Source of the DNA: Candidatus Zhuqueibacterota bacterium
GTDB lineage: Bacteria; BS750m-G25
Direction of reading: 5' to 3'
Assembly: GCA_016783505.1 (NCBI GenBank)
Contig: JADHWK010000016.1
Coordinates: 1-45,564, forward strand
DNA length: 45,564 nucleotides
Positions 1 to 10,624 of this stretch are shown piece after piece; the stretch's first letter is position 1; each line of letters begins with the position of its first letter. Under the pieces are notes generated by a model. The model was not told the DNA's origin. It did no database searches and saw nothing but the letters and a program-made list of their open reading frames with translations. A program made the position numbers and the translations under genes.

Positions 1-727
1 GGTCCAGCTCCACGGCCTTCTGGTAGTTCTCAATGGCTTCCTCGAAGCGGCCTGTCTTCATATACAGATCGGCCATGGAATCGTATGGGTTGGGCTCGTC
101 GGGGATCAGTCTGATATAGTCTTTGAAGGCCTGCTCGGCTTTTTCATATTCACCGATCTCCCGGTAGGCATAGCCCAACTGGTTGTAAGGCGGCGGATAG
201 TCCTTATCCAGGGCGACGGCGGCCTCAAGTTCAGCAATTGCCTTGTCATCTTCGTCACGGCCGTAGTACGCGATACCCAGGAGATTACGTGCCCGCTTGT
301 CTTTCGGATATTTCCGCGCCAGTTGCTTGCGCAGTTTGAGCCGCTCGCCAAGATTGTTGTCCAGCCAGAAGGCCTTTCTCTGTTCAATAAGCAGCCGCTC
401 GCCCTCGGATACTTTGTCCGCCAGGGCCACGGCCTGCTTAAGGTGACTTTTCAGATCCTCATCGGAGGTAAAGTCAAAGGATCGGTACAGGTAGGCCTGG
501 GCGAAGTCGGGGTCCAGCTCGATGGCCTTATCGAAGTGTTCCCTGGCTTCATCCGTGCGGAGATGCTCAGACATTTCTCGTGCCTCTAGGAAGACCGCCC
601 GGGCCTCCTCCGATTGTGTGGTGATGGGAATCTCCAATTCTTTGCGGGCACATCCTAACTGAAGGATGAGTAACAGCGCAAAAAAGAAGACCCAAACTTT
701 GCTTAAGCCTATGAACAGCTTTTTCAT
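1..727 (-). CDS. TPR-repeat lipoprotein (runs off left edge)
   Basis: Own translation from ATG at 727: MKKLFIGLSKVWVFFFALLLILQLGC..EIPITTQSEEARAVF..AIELDPDFAQAY..YNQLGYAY..PDEPNPYDSMADLY; SD GGAGGA upstream. Not in ORF track because it has no stop in the window. Confidence 0.85.
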   Translation of the reverse strand, partial: MKKLFIGLSKVWVFFFALLLILQLGCARKELEIPITTQSEEARAVFLEAREMSEHLRTDEAREHFDKAIELDPDFAQAYLYRSFDFTSDEDLKSHLKQAVALADKVSEGERLLIEQRKAFWLDNNLGERLKLRKQLARKYPKDKRARNLLGIAYYGRDEDDKAIAELEAAVALDKDYPPPYNQLGYAYREIGEYEKAEQAFKDYIRLIPDEPNPYDSMADLYMKTGRFEEAIENYQKAVELD

Positions 728-1011
728 GATGATTCCTCCTCCTTTATTATGGTATTGAGTGTTTTTTATAAATCTTTTTTTATCGTTTCCAAATACTTTT
801 GATCCACTTTCAAAAAATCCCCAACTTGCCCCTTTGTTAAGTAAAACTACCACCTAACCCGTAATTATACTATATACTGAAGTATAATACTCTAAAGTCG
901 TTATGGACTTCTGTTGTAAAAACCGCTACCCATATAACTGCCTCCTTCAAATTTTAATTGTAGGATCTTTGGTAACGTACTATACTGCATCATACATTAT
1001 ATCAACATAAA

Positions 1012-1040
1012 AATATAAGGCATTTATTATAAAATGTCAA
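1012..1040 (-). promoter_or_regulatory. sigma70-type promoter for the TPR gene
   Basis: Minus strand TTGACA-17 bp-TATATT. Confidence 0.5.
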
Positions 1041-1173
1041 GAAAAAAGTAAGAGGGTCGGGATAAAACCTCCCTAACCCCTCCGTAAGCTCCCGATATTT
1101 ATTATTGATTATTTCCATAATTATTATTATATTTAAATGGTTACAAATTTCACAAACAATTTTGGGGTTGCCC

Positions 1174-2640
1174 TTGAAAATTCTATTTGTGGCCAGCGAA
1201 ATGGTGCCATTTGCCAAGACCGGCGGTCTTGCGGATGTGGCCGGGGCCCTGCCCAAGGCCCTTAAGGATCAGGGACACGACATCCGGGTGATGATGCCCA
1301 AATATGGGGTCATCAAGGACAGGCGTTTCAACCTGCGGAGTGTCATCCGGCTGATGGAGATCAGGATACCCATGGGCGGGGAGGTGAAGATTGCCTCTGT
1401 AAAATCGGGGTTTACCCCCCGCAGCCGGGTGCAGACCTATTTTCTGGAATACAAGTCCTACTTTGGCCGGGAGGGGCTTTATGGAGCCACCAAAACAGGA
1501 CGGGACTATCCCGATAATGCCGAACGGTTCATCCTCTTCTGCCGGGGGGTATTGGAGACCTTAAAGATGCTCTATTGGCAACCCGACATCATCCATTGCA
1601 ATGATTGGCAGATGGCACTGATCCCCCTATATCTGAAGACTCTGTATAAGGACGACGAATTCTTTAAAGACACCAAAACGTTGCTCACCATCCACAACCT
1701 GGCTTACCAAGGAAATTTTGATCCATCGGCGGTGAAGAAAGCAGGGCTGGACGAGGCAATTTTTTATCCGGGGAGCGGGGTCGAATTCTACGGAAAATTT
1801 AGCTTTCTCAAATCGGGAATCGTGCATGCTGATGTGTTGAGCACGGTCAGCCGGCGGTATGCCCAGGAGATTCAAAGCCTCCCCGAATACGGTTACGGCC
1901 TGGAGGTGGTGCTTAAGAGCCGAAGCGAGGATCTTTATGGGATCGTCAACGGAATTGACTACCAGGTCTGGAACCCCGAGACGGACACCTTAATCCCCCA
2001 CAACTATTCCCCAGAAGACCCTACGGGCAAGCTGGAGAACAAGAAGGCCCTAGTGGAAGGGCAGAAGATGCCCTTTCAGGCCGGGGTTCCCCTTATTGGG
2101 ATCATCTCCCGGCTGGCCGATCAGAAGGGGTTCGACATCTTGGCTGGAGCTTTGGATGATATCATGAAGCTGGATGTTCAGTTCGTCCTGCTGGGGACCG
2201 GCGACCGCAGCTACCACCGGCTGTTTAACCAGGTGGGCAGGAGGTTTCCCCAGAATATGGGGATCAATCTGAACTTTGACAATCGGCTGGCCCACTTAAT
2301 CGAGGCTGGGGCGGACGCCTTCCTGATGCCCTCCCGCTATGAACCCTGTGGTTTGAATCAACTCTACAGCCTGAAGTACGGAACCATCCCCATCGTCCGG
2401 GAGACGGGGGGGCTGGCGGATACCATCATTAATTTTAACCCCAAGACAGGGGAAGGAACGGGGTTTGTGTTCCGGGATTATTCATCCCAGGCGCTTTATA
2501 AGGCGGTGGCCCGGGCGGTGAGGACCTTTAAGAATCAAGTTCAATGGAAGAAATTGATGGGAAACGCCATGGCCCAGGATTTTTCTTGGGAGGCCTCGGC
2601 TGAAAAATATGCTGAGCTCTATCAAAAAGCGTGTGGGTAG
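1174..2640 (+). CDS. glgA: glycogen synthase (GT5)
   Basis: MKILFVASE..KTGGLADV, HCNDW, TIHNLAYQG, SRLADQKG, PSRYEPCGLNQ; likely TTG start at 1174. Confidence 0.97.
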   Translation: MKILFVASEMVPFAKTGGLADVAGALPKALKDQGHDIRVMMPKYGVIKDRRFNLRSVIRLMEIRIPMGGEVKIASVKSGFTPRSRVQTYFLEYKSYFGREGLYGATKTGRDYPDNAERFILFCRGVLETLKMLYWQPDIIHCNDWQMALIPLYLKTLYKDDEFFKDTKTLLTIHNLAYQGNFDPSAVKKAGLDEAIFYPGSGVEFYGKFSFLKSGIVHADVLSTVSRRYAQEIQSLPEYGYGLEVVLKSRSEDLYGIVNGIDYQVWNPETDTLIPHNYSPEDPTGKLENKKALVEGQKMPFQAGVPLIGIISRLADQKGFDILAGALDDIMKLDVQFVLLGTGDRSYHRLFNQVGRRFPQNMGINLNFDNRLAHLIEAGADAFLMPSRYEPCGLNQLYSLKYGTIPIVRETGGLADTIINFNPKTGEGTGFVFRDYSSQALYKAVARAVRTFKNQVQWKKLMGNAMAQDFSWEASAEKYAELYQKACG

Positions 2641-2670
2641 GTAATTCCCGGTTCGTCGTTGTGCTTATTA

Positions 2671-2698
2671 AAAGCCAGGCCTCCGCTTGGCTTTTTTT
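2671..2698 (+). terminator. intrinsic terminator after glgA
   Basis: AAAGCCAGGC-CTCC-GCTTGGCTTT followed by T run. Confidence 0.6.
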
Positions 2699-2712
2699 CT
2701 CCAAGTTTATCC

Positions 2713-2741
2713 TTGACTAAAACCGTTTTTTTGGTTATATT
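2713..2741 (+). promoter_or_regulatory. sigma70-type promoter
   Basis: TTGACT-17 bp-TATATT. Confidence 0.5.
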
Positions 2742-2773
2742 AAAGCCGATTTTTGGGAAAGAGGGGATACATT

Positions 2774-3976
2774 TTGGTTGTGAGTCAACCACTCCGCTGG
2801 GTTTTTCTTTTGATTTTTCTGGGATTCTGGGGATGCTCCGAGGTTAAAAATCCGGCCGGGAGCGGGGCGGTGGACCTGTCGGGGCGGGGCAGATTATATT
2901 CCGATACATTATTTGCCACCCTGGACACCTTCTACACCACCCTGGTGAGCACCGGCGCCAGCAATCAACTGTTGCTGGGAGAATACCGGGGACTCAGAAC
3001 CCGGACCCTGCTCAGATTTGAGAATCTGCCTGACAGCGGCTCCGTGATCGATTCAGCAGCCCTCATCCTCTATTACTTCAACGCGGTGGGGTGGGATTCG
3101 TCCTCCAGGTTCTTAGCCCAGGCCTACCGGGTCATGGAGGATTGGGTAGAAAATGATACCGTAAACTATGCTGTTTCCTACGAAGACAATATCAGCGAGC
3201 CCGTTTGGATTGACCCTACCGCAGACAGTTTAGTTTTGTCCATTGATACCACCTTGATACAGAACTGGGTCAACGGGGATACCACCGGTAAGAGACGGGG
3301 TCTTCTGATTGATTTCCATGAAGCCACCTTCATCCAGAGCTTTTATTCCCGCACCACTTCCAAAGAACCCGTTCTTAGGTTGGGGGTCAGGCAACCGGAT
3401 ACTACCTTTGCCGACAGCCTTGTCTTTCTCCCCGACACTACCCTGCTTGACACCGCTACCGCCGATCTGTTTGTGCTGGACTATAGTGGACATTCAAATT
3501 TACTTGATCTCAACAGACTTTACCTGGGTCATGGGGCCTCCAGGCGCATTTTGCTGAAACTTGATATACCCGATACAATTCCTCCTACCTCAACCATAAA
3601 TCAGGCCTTGCTGGAGCTCTTTGTTGATCAGGGGGATTCTGCCAATGTGGGGCAGATGAGCGCCAATCCCAGACCGAACATAGAGCTATACCGGATAACC
3701 TCGCCCGACTGGCCGAGCTCCCCTTCTTCGGTTACAGTTGATTCGGCCTATTACTTGTCGGGCAGCCTCTATCAAGCTAAACTGGAAGTGAATATTCATC
3801 CTCTTTTTCAGGGTTGGGTGAGGGGGGACTGGGAGAACATGGGAGTTTTGATCAAATCCTATTTCGATCATACTGATGTGGATCAGCAGGCCTTTTACTC
3901 TTCGGAAGAACCTGATTCGTTACTACGACCCCGACTTCAGTTGATTTATTCCATCGAAGATGAAGGGTCGGATTAG
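2774..3976 (+). CDS. secreted lipoprotein, DUF4270/DNRLRE-like
   Basis: Lipobox-like LGFWGC; two repeats ending in FYS..PxLxL; SD GAGGGG before TTG 2774. Confidence 0.55.
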   Translation: MVVSQPLRWVFLLIFLGFWGCSEVKNPAGSGAVDLSGRGRLYSDTLFATLDTFYTTLVSTGASNQLLLGEYRGLRTRTLLRFENLPDSGSVIDSAALILYYFNAVGWDSSSRFLAQAYRVMEDWVENDTVNYAVSYEDNISEPVWIDPTADSLVLSIDTTLIQNWVNGDTTGKRRGLLIDFHEATFIQSFYSRTTSKEPVLRLGVRQPDTTFADSLVFLPDTTLLDTATADLFVLDYSGHSNLLDLNRLYLGHGASRRILLKLDIPDTIPPTSTINQALLELFVDQGDSANVGQMSANPRPNIELYRITSPDWPSSPSSVTVDSAYYLSGSLYQAKLEVNIHPLFQGWVRGDWENMGVLIKSYFDHTDVDQQAFYSSEEPDSLLRPRLQLIYSIEDEGSD

Positions 3977-3982
3977 ACAAAA

Positions 3983-5179
3983 ATGCAGATAAATAAGCAA
4001 GTATCACTGATTGTACTCGCCGGGTTGCTCTGGGGCTATCAGGGCCTTCAGGCATTTTCTGTCTTCTCCGCCAATGGATTAGGGGAGATGCGGGTTTTCC
4101 CCAGCGGCCGGGTGGCCGCCTTGGGGGGAGCCGGGATCGCCCTGGCCGATTCCCAATCCCTAAACCTGGCTAACCCTGCCGCCTGGGGTGCGGTGAACCG
4201 CACCCTGATGACGATAGCCATGGTCGCCGATCGCACCGTCATCGAAGATTCCGATAACCTTAACCCTTCTTTCGACGCCGGACTGGAGGGATTTTCCATA
4301 GCTTTTTACCCAGGCCGGGGTTGGGCCTTTGGGGGGGGACTTCAGAGGGTGAGCCGGGTTTCCTATGGTTTCTATTGGCAGGACACCTTCGTCGAACACA
4401 ACTATGAAGAATCACTGACGGGAAAAGGGGGGCTGAATGCCGCCTTTTTTTCCTTAGCCCACCGGCATCGAGGAAGGCTTTTCCTGGGGGTAAGTGCCCG
4501 GTTCCTCTTCGGCCAAATTTATCGCCGCTGGAAAGTGGACTATGATGACTTGGTGGACACTGATAACCGGTCAACCTCGATTTTCAAGGGCTGGCAGGCC
4601 GAGGGGGGGATTATCTACCGCTTAACCCCCCGGCTTTCCTTGGGGGCGACGGTGGGGGGACCATCACGGCTAACCCGAACCCTCCGTGATACCACCCAGG
4701 CTGATACCAGTCGGTGGGAGGAAGAGGTTGACTGGCCGCTGTCCCTTGGGGTGGGAGTGACCTATAATCTCCATCCACGCATACTGGTATGTTCCGACCT
4801 TCGATGGGTGAACTGGGCCGGGGTTTCGTCGGTGATGGGGCAAAAGTCGGGATATCAAAATAGCTATCGGCTGGCCCTGGGTGGGGAGGTGCTTCCCCGT
4901 TCTGAAAAACCCAGGCGCTATTATCAGCGGGTATCCTATCGGCTCGGGGTTTCCTTCCAAACCCTTTACTGCAAAAGTGCCAACGAGAACCCGGTCAATG
5001 AGCTCTTTCTCACTTGGGGATTCGGCATTCCCCTACCCAGGGCCGCCTCCCGGCTGGATGTGGTCTTTGGGGTGGGCCGTCGGGGCTCAGTAGAGGAGAA
5101 CAACGCCGGGGAAAAGGTCTTTCAATTATCCCTCTTCTTGTGCAGCGGTGAACGATGGTTCCAAAGGAGGGTAAAATAA
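3983..5179 (+). CDS. outer-membrane beta-barrel, FadL/TodX-like
   Basis: Signal peptide, LGGAGIAL..NLANPAA motif, amphipathic beta strands, C-terminal ERWFQRR. Confidence 0.75.
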   Translation: MQINKQVSLIVLAGLLWGYQGLQAFSVFSANGLGEMRVFPSGRVAALGGAGIALADSQSLNLANPAAWGAVNRTLMTIAMVADRTVIEDSDNLNPSFDAGLEGFSIAFYPGRGWAFGGGLQRVSRVSYGFYWQDTFVEHNYEESLTGKGGLNAAFFSLAHRHRGRLFLGVSARFLFGQIYRRWKVDYDDLVDTDNRSTSIFKGWQAEGGIIYRLTPRLSLGATVGGPSRLTRTLRDTTQADTSRWEEEVDWPLSLGVGVTYNLHPRILVCSDLRWVNWAGVSSVMGQKSGYQNSYRLALGGEVLPRSEKPRRYYQRVSYRLGVSFQTLYCKSANENPVNELFLTWGFGIPLPRAASRLDVVFGVGRRGSVEENNAGEKVFQLSLFLCSGERWFQRRVK

Positions 5180-5257
5180 CCTTAAAGATTTATGCTGTCA
5201 GGATCAGCTTTCTGATTGTTCGTGATAACATCCTTAACAAATTTGAGGAGGACGACA

Positions 5258-6520
5258 ATGAAAAGGGCATCATTGCTGATGGGTTTGGGGATGGTTTGGG
5301 TGGCCATTGCTTTCTGGGGCTGTGCTGTCCAGAAGCCCATAGTGAAGAAGGAGATCAGTCCCGAGAGGCAAAGGGCGATTGCCGATTCCCTGGCCAGGGT
5401 GAGGGACCTGGAAATTCGCAAAAACCGGAGCATCGGCTACGAATATTACAAAAACAAACAGTATGAAGAGGCCAAGAAATACCTGTGGAAGGTGGTGCGG
5501 CTGGATGAGGCGGGCAAATACACCGACATCTACTCCTGGTTAGCCTACTGCTACATCAGTACCAACCAGGCCGACTCGGCCCAGCTCGTCTATGAGCGGG
5601 GCGTGGAGAAGGCCCCCGATGACGGGGATATGCACCTTCGGCTCGCCGATATTCTGTACCAGAAGGATGAAGTTGACCGGGCTATCGAGGAGTTTGAGAA
5701 GGGAGTGGCCTTAATCCCTGACAATCCCGACAACTTCAGAAAACTGGCCGATCTTTATCTGCGGAACGATGAGGTTGATGAGGCCATCCAGGTCTATCAG
5801 AGGGTGGTCGAGCTGGCCCCCGAGGATAAGGAAGCCCAGGAGACCCTGTCCCATCTGATCAAAACATCGGGGGATCAGGCTGCCTACATACAGAGCCTTG
5901 AGCAGGCGCTGATAAAGTTTCCCGATGACATCAAGACGATGATGGCCCTGGGCCGGGCCTATTTTGACGCCAACGAGAACCAGAAGGCCGCCCAGGTCTT
6001 TAACAGGCTTCTATCCTCAGATCCCAAGAACACCCAGGCCCTGGAATATCTGGGTAACACCTATCAAAATCTGGGGAAGTATCAGAAGGCCATCACCACC
6101 CAGAAGAAGATCCTGGGACTGGAACCCAAGAATGCCCGCATCATGTGTGACATCGCCTCCAGCTATAAATCCCTGAAACAGTACAAGACCGCCCGGTCAT
6201 ACGCCCGCCGGGCCCAGCGGGCCGATCCCAGTCTGGGACTGGTGTACGTAACCATAGGAGAGATCCTGGAGGCCTGTGCTGAGGTCTGCGTTGAGGGGAA
6301 GGGGGGAAAGATGATCTACGACGACAAGCTGGTCTACAAAATGGCCATTGAGGAATATGAGAAGGCCTATAAAGACCTGGAGTGGAAGGATTACGCCCGC
6401 AAGCGGGCCTCCGGGCTGAAGGGTTTTGTTCCCACTTCCGAGGACATTTTCTATCGAAAAGGGAGCGGCAAACCCATGGACAAGGCCTTAGGGAAATGCT
6501 ACCAGTGGATCTATGAATGA
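5258..6520 (+). CDS. TPR-repeat lipoprotein
   Basis: SD GAGGAGG + ATG 5258, lipobox FWGC, multiple TPR units. Confidence 0.85.
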   Translation: MKRASLLMGLGMVWVAIAFWGCAVQKPIVKKEISPERQRAIADSLARVRDLEIRKNRSIGYEYYKNKQYEEAKKYLWKVVRLDEAGKYTDIYSWLAYCYISTNQADSAQLVYERGVEKAPDDGDMHLRLADILYQKDEVDRAIEEFEKGVALIPDNPDNFRKLADLYLRNDEVDEAIQVYQRVVELAPEDKEAQETLSHLIKTSGDQAAYIQSLEQALIKFPDDIKTMMALGRAYFDANENQKAAQVFNRLLSSDPKNTQALEYLGNTYQNLGKYQKAITTQKKILGLEPKNARIMCDIASSYKSLKQYKTARSYARRAQRADPSLGLVYVTIGEILEACAEVCVEGKGGKMIYDDKLVYKMAIEEYEKAYKDLEWKDYARKRASGLKGFVPTSEDIFYRKGSGKPMDKALGKCYQWIYE

Positions 6521-6963
6521 TGAAAGTCCTGCTGGCTGCTGATCATGGGGGGTATTCCCTGAAGGAGGGGATAAAGCCCGTGCTGGATGCCCTGAACATT
6601 CTTTACGATGATCAGGGCACTTTTTCAATAGACCCGGTGGATGATTATCCCGATCTTGGCTACCGGGCGGCATTGCGGGTCTCCAAGGGGGAATTCGACC
6701 GGGGGGTGTTGATCTGTGGGTCGGGGATCGGGATGTCCATGGTGGCCAACAAGGTCCCCGGGGTGCGAGCGGCTCTGTGCATGAACCCGGAACAAGCACG
6801 CTTGAGCCGCAGCCACAACGACGCTAACATCCTGGTGCTGGCGGGATGGTTTACGTCAGCTTCCGCCGCCGAGGAGATTGTCAGGGCCTGGTTTGGGGCT
6901 GAATTTGAGGGGGGGAGACACCGACGGCGGGTGGACAAGATTCGTCGCCTTACTGGATTGTAA
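6517..6963 (+). CDS. rpiB: ribose-5-phosphate isomerase B
   Basis: ADHGG, DYPD, ICGSGIGM, ANKVPGVRAA, HNDAN, FEGGRHxRRV. Confidence 0.97.
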   Translation: MMKVLLAADHGGYSLKEGIKPVLDALNILYDDQGTFSIDPVDDYPDLGYRAALRVSKGEFDRGVLICGSGIGMSMVANKVPGVRAALCMNPEQARLSRSHNDANILVLAGWFTSASAAEEIVRAWFGAEFEGGRHRRRVDKIRRLTGL

Positions 6964-6979
6964 GGTAGGAGCTACGCAC

Positions 6980-7075
6980 AACCTATCTAAAGATAAAGTT
7001 CTGGTTAATGCTCTGTTTAACAAATAGTTAACCAGAACCGTTCTTTAGAGCGGTTCCAAAGACAACCCTCTGAAT
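6980..7075. repeat. partial copy of composite palindromic element
   Basis: GTTCTGGTTAA..TTAACCAGAACCG(T)TCTTTAGAGCGGTTC shared with elements at 13.4 kb and 35.1 kb. Confidence 0.75.
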
Positions 7076-7215
7076 TTAAAATTCTTTTATTTCTAGACAG
7101 CTTGGAGCAAATTTTTACCCAGTAAGATCTAACAATGTCTACCTGCCAGTCATGGCGACCTTGTCTTGAGAAAGCTAAGTCATTGATATTTAGGGAATGA
7201 CGAAAAGAGGATCCC

Positions 7216-8505
7216 ATGGATAAATTAAAGGAATATGACGGCGAGGTCTATCAGGCCATTCGGGGGGAGATCTCCCGGGAGAACGATACCCTGGAGATGA
7301 TCGCCTCGGAGAACTTCGTCTCCCCGGCGGTGCTTCAGGCTATGGGCTCGGTGATGACCAACAAGTATGCCGAGGGCTATCCCGGGAAGAGGTATTACGG
7401 GGGATGTGAATTTGTGGACGTGGCCGAGGACCTGGCCCGGGAGCGGGCCAAGCAATTGTTCAAGTGCGATTACGCCAACGCCCAGCCCCACTCGGGGTCG
7501 CAGGCGAACATGGCCGTCTATTTTGCCTTCCTCAAGCCGGGGGATATGTTTATGGGCATGGATCTCTCCTGCGGGGGGCACCTGACCCACGGTAGCCCGG
7601 TAAACTTCTCCGGTCAGCTCTACCGAGTCACCACCTACGGAATAAGCCAGGAAACGGGGCGCATTGATTACGACTCCGTGGCCCTACGGGTCAAAGTCGA
7701 ACGGCCCAAGCTCATCATGACCGGGGCCTCGGCTTATCCCCGGGTGATTGATTTTGCCCGTTTTCGGGAGATTGCCGATTCGGTGGGGGCCTACCTGATC
7801 GCCGACATCGCCCACATCGCCGGGCTGGTGGCGGTGGGTCTTCATCCCGATCCCCTGCCGTACTCTCATGCGGTAACCACCACCACTCACAAGACCCTGC
7901 GGGGCCCCCGGGGGGGGATGATCCTGATGGGAAAAGACATGGAAAACCCGATGGGCATCGTCGCCCCTAAAAGCGGCCGGGTGAAGATGCTCTCGGAGGT
8001 GCTGGACTCGGTGGTCATGCCCGGTATCCAGGGGGGACCGCTGATGCACGTGATTGCTGCCAAGGCGGTGGCCCTGAAAGAGGCCCTGGAACCGTCGTTT
8101 ACCGATTACCAAAAGCAGATTGTGGACAATGCCAAAGCGCTGGCGGAGACCCTGCTGGGATATGGTTTTGACCTGGTCTCCGGGGGAACCGACAATCACC
8201 TGATGCTGGTTGATTTGCGGAACAATGATTTGACGGGCAAGGCGGCTGAGAACGCCCTGGAAAAGGCTGGTATTACGGTGAACAAAAACATGGTACCCTT
8301 CGACACCAGAAGCCCCCTTGTCACCAGCGGTATTCGGATCGGCACCCCGGCCCTGACCACTAGGGGGATGAAGGAGCCCGAGATGAAGCTCATCGGGGGG
8401 ATGATCAACCAGGTGCTCTCCGATGTTGAGAATGCAAGCCTTCAACAGCAGGTTAAGGGTGAGGTCTTCGAGTTATGCCAGGGCTTTCCTTTGTATAAAG
8501 CCTAA
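7216..8505 (+). CDS. glyA: serine hydroxymethyltransferase
   Basis: [35 protein letters not shown]. Confidence 0.99.
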   Translation: MDKLKEYDGEVYQAIRGEISRENDTLEMIASENFVSPAVLQAMGSVMTNKYAEGYPGKRYYGGCEFVDVAEDLARERAKQLFKCDYANAQPHSGSQANMAVYFAFLKPGDMFMGMDLSCGGHLTHGSPVNFSGQLYRVTTYGISQETGRIDYDSVALRVKVERPKLIMTGASAYPRVIDFARFREIADSVGAYLIADIAHIAGLVAVGLHPDPLPYSHAVTTTTHKTLRGPRGGMILMGKDMENPMGIVAPKSGRVKMLSEVLDSVVMPGIQGGPLMHVIAAKAVALKEALEPSFTDYQKQIVDNAKALAETLLGYGFDLVSGGTDNHLMLVDLRNNDLTGKAAENALEKAGITVNKNMVPFDTRSPLVTSGIRIGTPALTTRGMKEPEMKLIGGMINQVLSDVENASLQQQVKGEVFELCQGFPLYKA

Positions 8506-8535
8506 CGTTCCAATACATAGGGTGGCAAAATCAAG

Positions 8536-9438
8536 ATGGAAAGTATGGGTGACAAAAAAAAATTAGAATTTAGAAATAATATTTTTTGCAAAGAATGTCA
8601 TTCTGTTCTTAAAATAGAAGATTTAACTTTTCAAGCATATTTTCATTCTGATGAAATTACTTGTGCATATTGCAAACAAAAACTTGACCTTTGGGATTGC
8701 TTAAAAACTCAAATTGATCATATATTAGTTTCTTTTGGTTGGCATTATGGTTTATTAGGCTGTAAAGGTAGAAACATAAAAATCCTTCTGAAACCTAATG
8801 AATTACACAAATTAGACTTATCAAAAGAAATCGGAGATGGAGAATTACTTCATATTAATTACACACCTACTTCGGGCGACCTTTTTCCAATACAAATGCA
8901 TTCTAACAAACCAATTACACATCTTATGCCGAAAGTAATAAATCTCATTCCATATGCTGTCAAAGAAAATCCATCTAATACTGAGGTTAATATTTTTTAT
9001 TGGTTCGCAGCAAAAGAAGTAAAAGAAGATTTATCAACCATGTTGCTATTAGATGCATTTCGAAGATTTTATGAAGAAAATTATAGACATATGCTTGTTT
9101 CTGCTCAGACATCTATAGAAATTTTACAGTACAAATTCCTTAATGAGTTACTAAAATCAACCAAGATTTGTGAAGAAAGAATAAAATCTTTCCTTGAATA
9201 TAAAGCAACCTTTTCTGTTCAGTTATTTACATTAATGCCCTTTTTATCTAAAATAATGAAATTTCCAATACCAGCTCCACAGGTTATAAAAGGATTTAAA
9301 AATCTTGTGGATGATAGGAACGATGTCATTCACAGAGGAATTCCAGAAAAAGTATGGAATAAAAATCGGCTGCAAAATGAATTATTAAGTGCATTTATTT
9401 TATTTAAGTATTTTAGGATTATTCATAAAGTTTTTTAA
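8536..9438 (+). CDS. AT-rich hypothetical, Zn-ribbon plus HEPN-like motif
   Basis: CKEC..CAYC at N-terminus; C-terminal helical region with RNDVIH (Rx4H). Confidence 0.55.
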   Translation: MESMGDKKKLEFRNNIFCKECHSVLKIEDLTFQAYFHSDEITCAYCKQKLDLWDCLKTQIDHILVSFGWHYGLLGCKGRNIKILLKPNELHKLDLSKEIGDGELLHINYTPTSGDLFPIQMHSNKPITHLMPKVINLIPYAVKENPSNTEVNIFYWFAAKEVKEDLSTMLLLDAFRRFYEENYRHMLVSAQTSIEILQYKFLNELLKSTKICEERIKSFLEYKATFSVQLFTLMPFLSKIMKFPIPAPQVIKGFKNLVDDRNDVIHRGIPEKVWNKNRLQNELLSAFILFKYFRIIHKVF

Positions 9439-9608
9439 AACTTATATTTTTTTGCCTTATCCCGGCTATAGCTCATTCCACTGTGTTTTGTAGCTTCTAC
9501 TTGCTCCAGATGGATGTTTTCATCCGCCGGATGATTGATTATGAATGACCCCATCCATAGCGATTTTCTATGGAAAAAAATGAAGATCAATAAACATACA
9601 TATAAACA

Positions 9609-10544
9609 ATGATTAGAATATTAAAAAAAATTTTCTCTAAAAAAGAATCTTCAGGTTTATTTTCTATATCTAAAAAGTCACTAAGAACTATAGCCAAGAA
9701 ATCAAATATTGATCCTAAATTAATGGACCAAGCTTTTGATTCTTTAGTTGAAGAAATTGAAGCCTCTGGTGGCTCCATTGATTTAAGATCCCCTACTTCA
9801 AAAAAGATGGACGAGATACCATGCATCACGGAATATATAAAAAGAATGAGAGATAAATATAAAGATGATGAAATAACTAATAACTATATCGATGTTTTGT
9901 TGAAATTAACAGATTTAGAATTTTCATATTTTTGGGATTGTGTTTCAACTTATAAGGAAGATAAAAAACCAATAATTAGAAATTATGAAAGAGAATATTA
10001 TTTTGAATATAAAGCATACAACTCAAAAAATATAATTGAGAGCTTGTATAAAAGTGGAATTTTCATTGAGAGTACAGAAAGTGATTCAATAGAAGATATA
10101 TTACAAAATTATAAAGTGTCTGAATTAAAATCACTTGCATCAAGAAATTTAATTGAGGTAAAGGGCAAAAGAAATGAAATAGTAGATACATTAATTTTGA
10201 ATAAAGAGAAAATATTAAAGGACATACACTTTAGCGATTATCTGAAGATTCCTTTTGAAATAGTAAATTTGATTGTAGAAGCTGCCGATATGCAAAGCAA
10301 AGATATAGGTTTAGTAAATGCTCAATTTAATAAAGAACAATTAGATGGCCTGGGGGAAAGTGATTTTGTTGAATATAAAGGATGGCTTACTTCCAGAGAT
10401 AATTGGGTATGCGATGAATGTAAAAAAATGGATGATGAAATAGTTCCTCTAAATGAAACTTTTTCCAACGGTGAAATGTATCCTAATTCCCAACATTGTA
10501 AAAGAGGTTGTAGATGCACAATTATTCCAAGTAATAAAAATTAG
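9609..10544 (+). CDS. AT-rich protein with SAP-like segment and C-terminal phage MuF/gp7-like motif
   Basis: YKVSELKSLA..VKGKRNEIVD; KGWLTSRDNWVCDECKKMDDEIVPLNETFSNG..GCRCTIIP. Confidence 0.6.
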   Translation: MIRILKKIFSKKESSGLFSISKKSLRTIAKKSNIDPKLMDQAFDSLVEEIEASGGSIDLRSPTSKKMDEIPCITEYIKRMRDKYKDDEITNNYIDVLLKLTDLEFSYFWDCVSTYKEDKKPIIRNYEREYYFEYKAYNSKNIIESLYKSGIFIESTESDSIEDILQNYKVSELKSLASRNLIEVKGKRNEIVDTLILNKEKILKDIHFSDYLKIPFEIVNLIVEAADMQSKDIGLVNAQFNKEQLDGLGESDFVEYKGWLTSRDNWVCDECKKMDDEIVPLNETFSNGEMYPNSQHCKRGCRCTIIPSNKN

Positions 10545-10624
10545 TTTCTAAGAAATTAAAAGCATATTCCAAAGTCATATCATATATTTTGAAGTAAAAT
10601 TACCAAAATTTTAAAAATTATTGA

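Noticed and set aside
1136-1154. Rex operator upstream of glgA (and weaker ones before rnfC and the NqrA-like gene)
   Set aside because: Only one half-site (TTCACAA) matches in AT-rich DNA.
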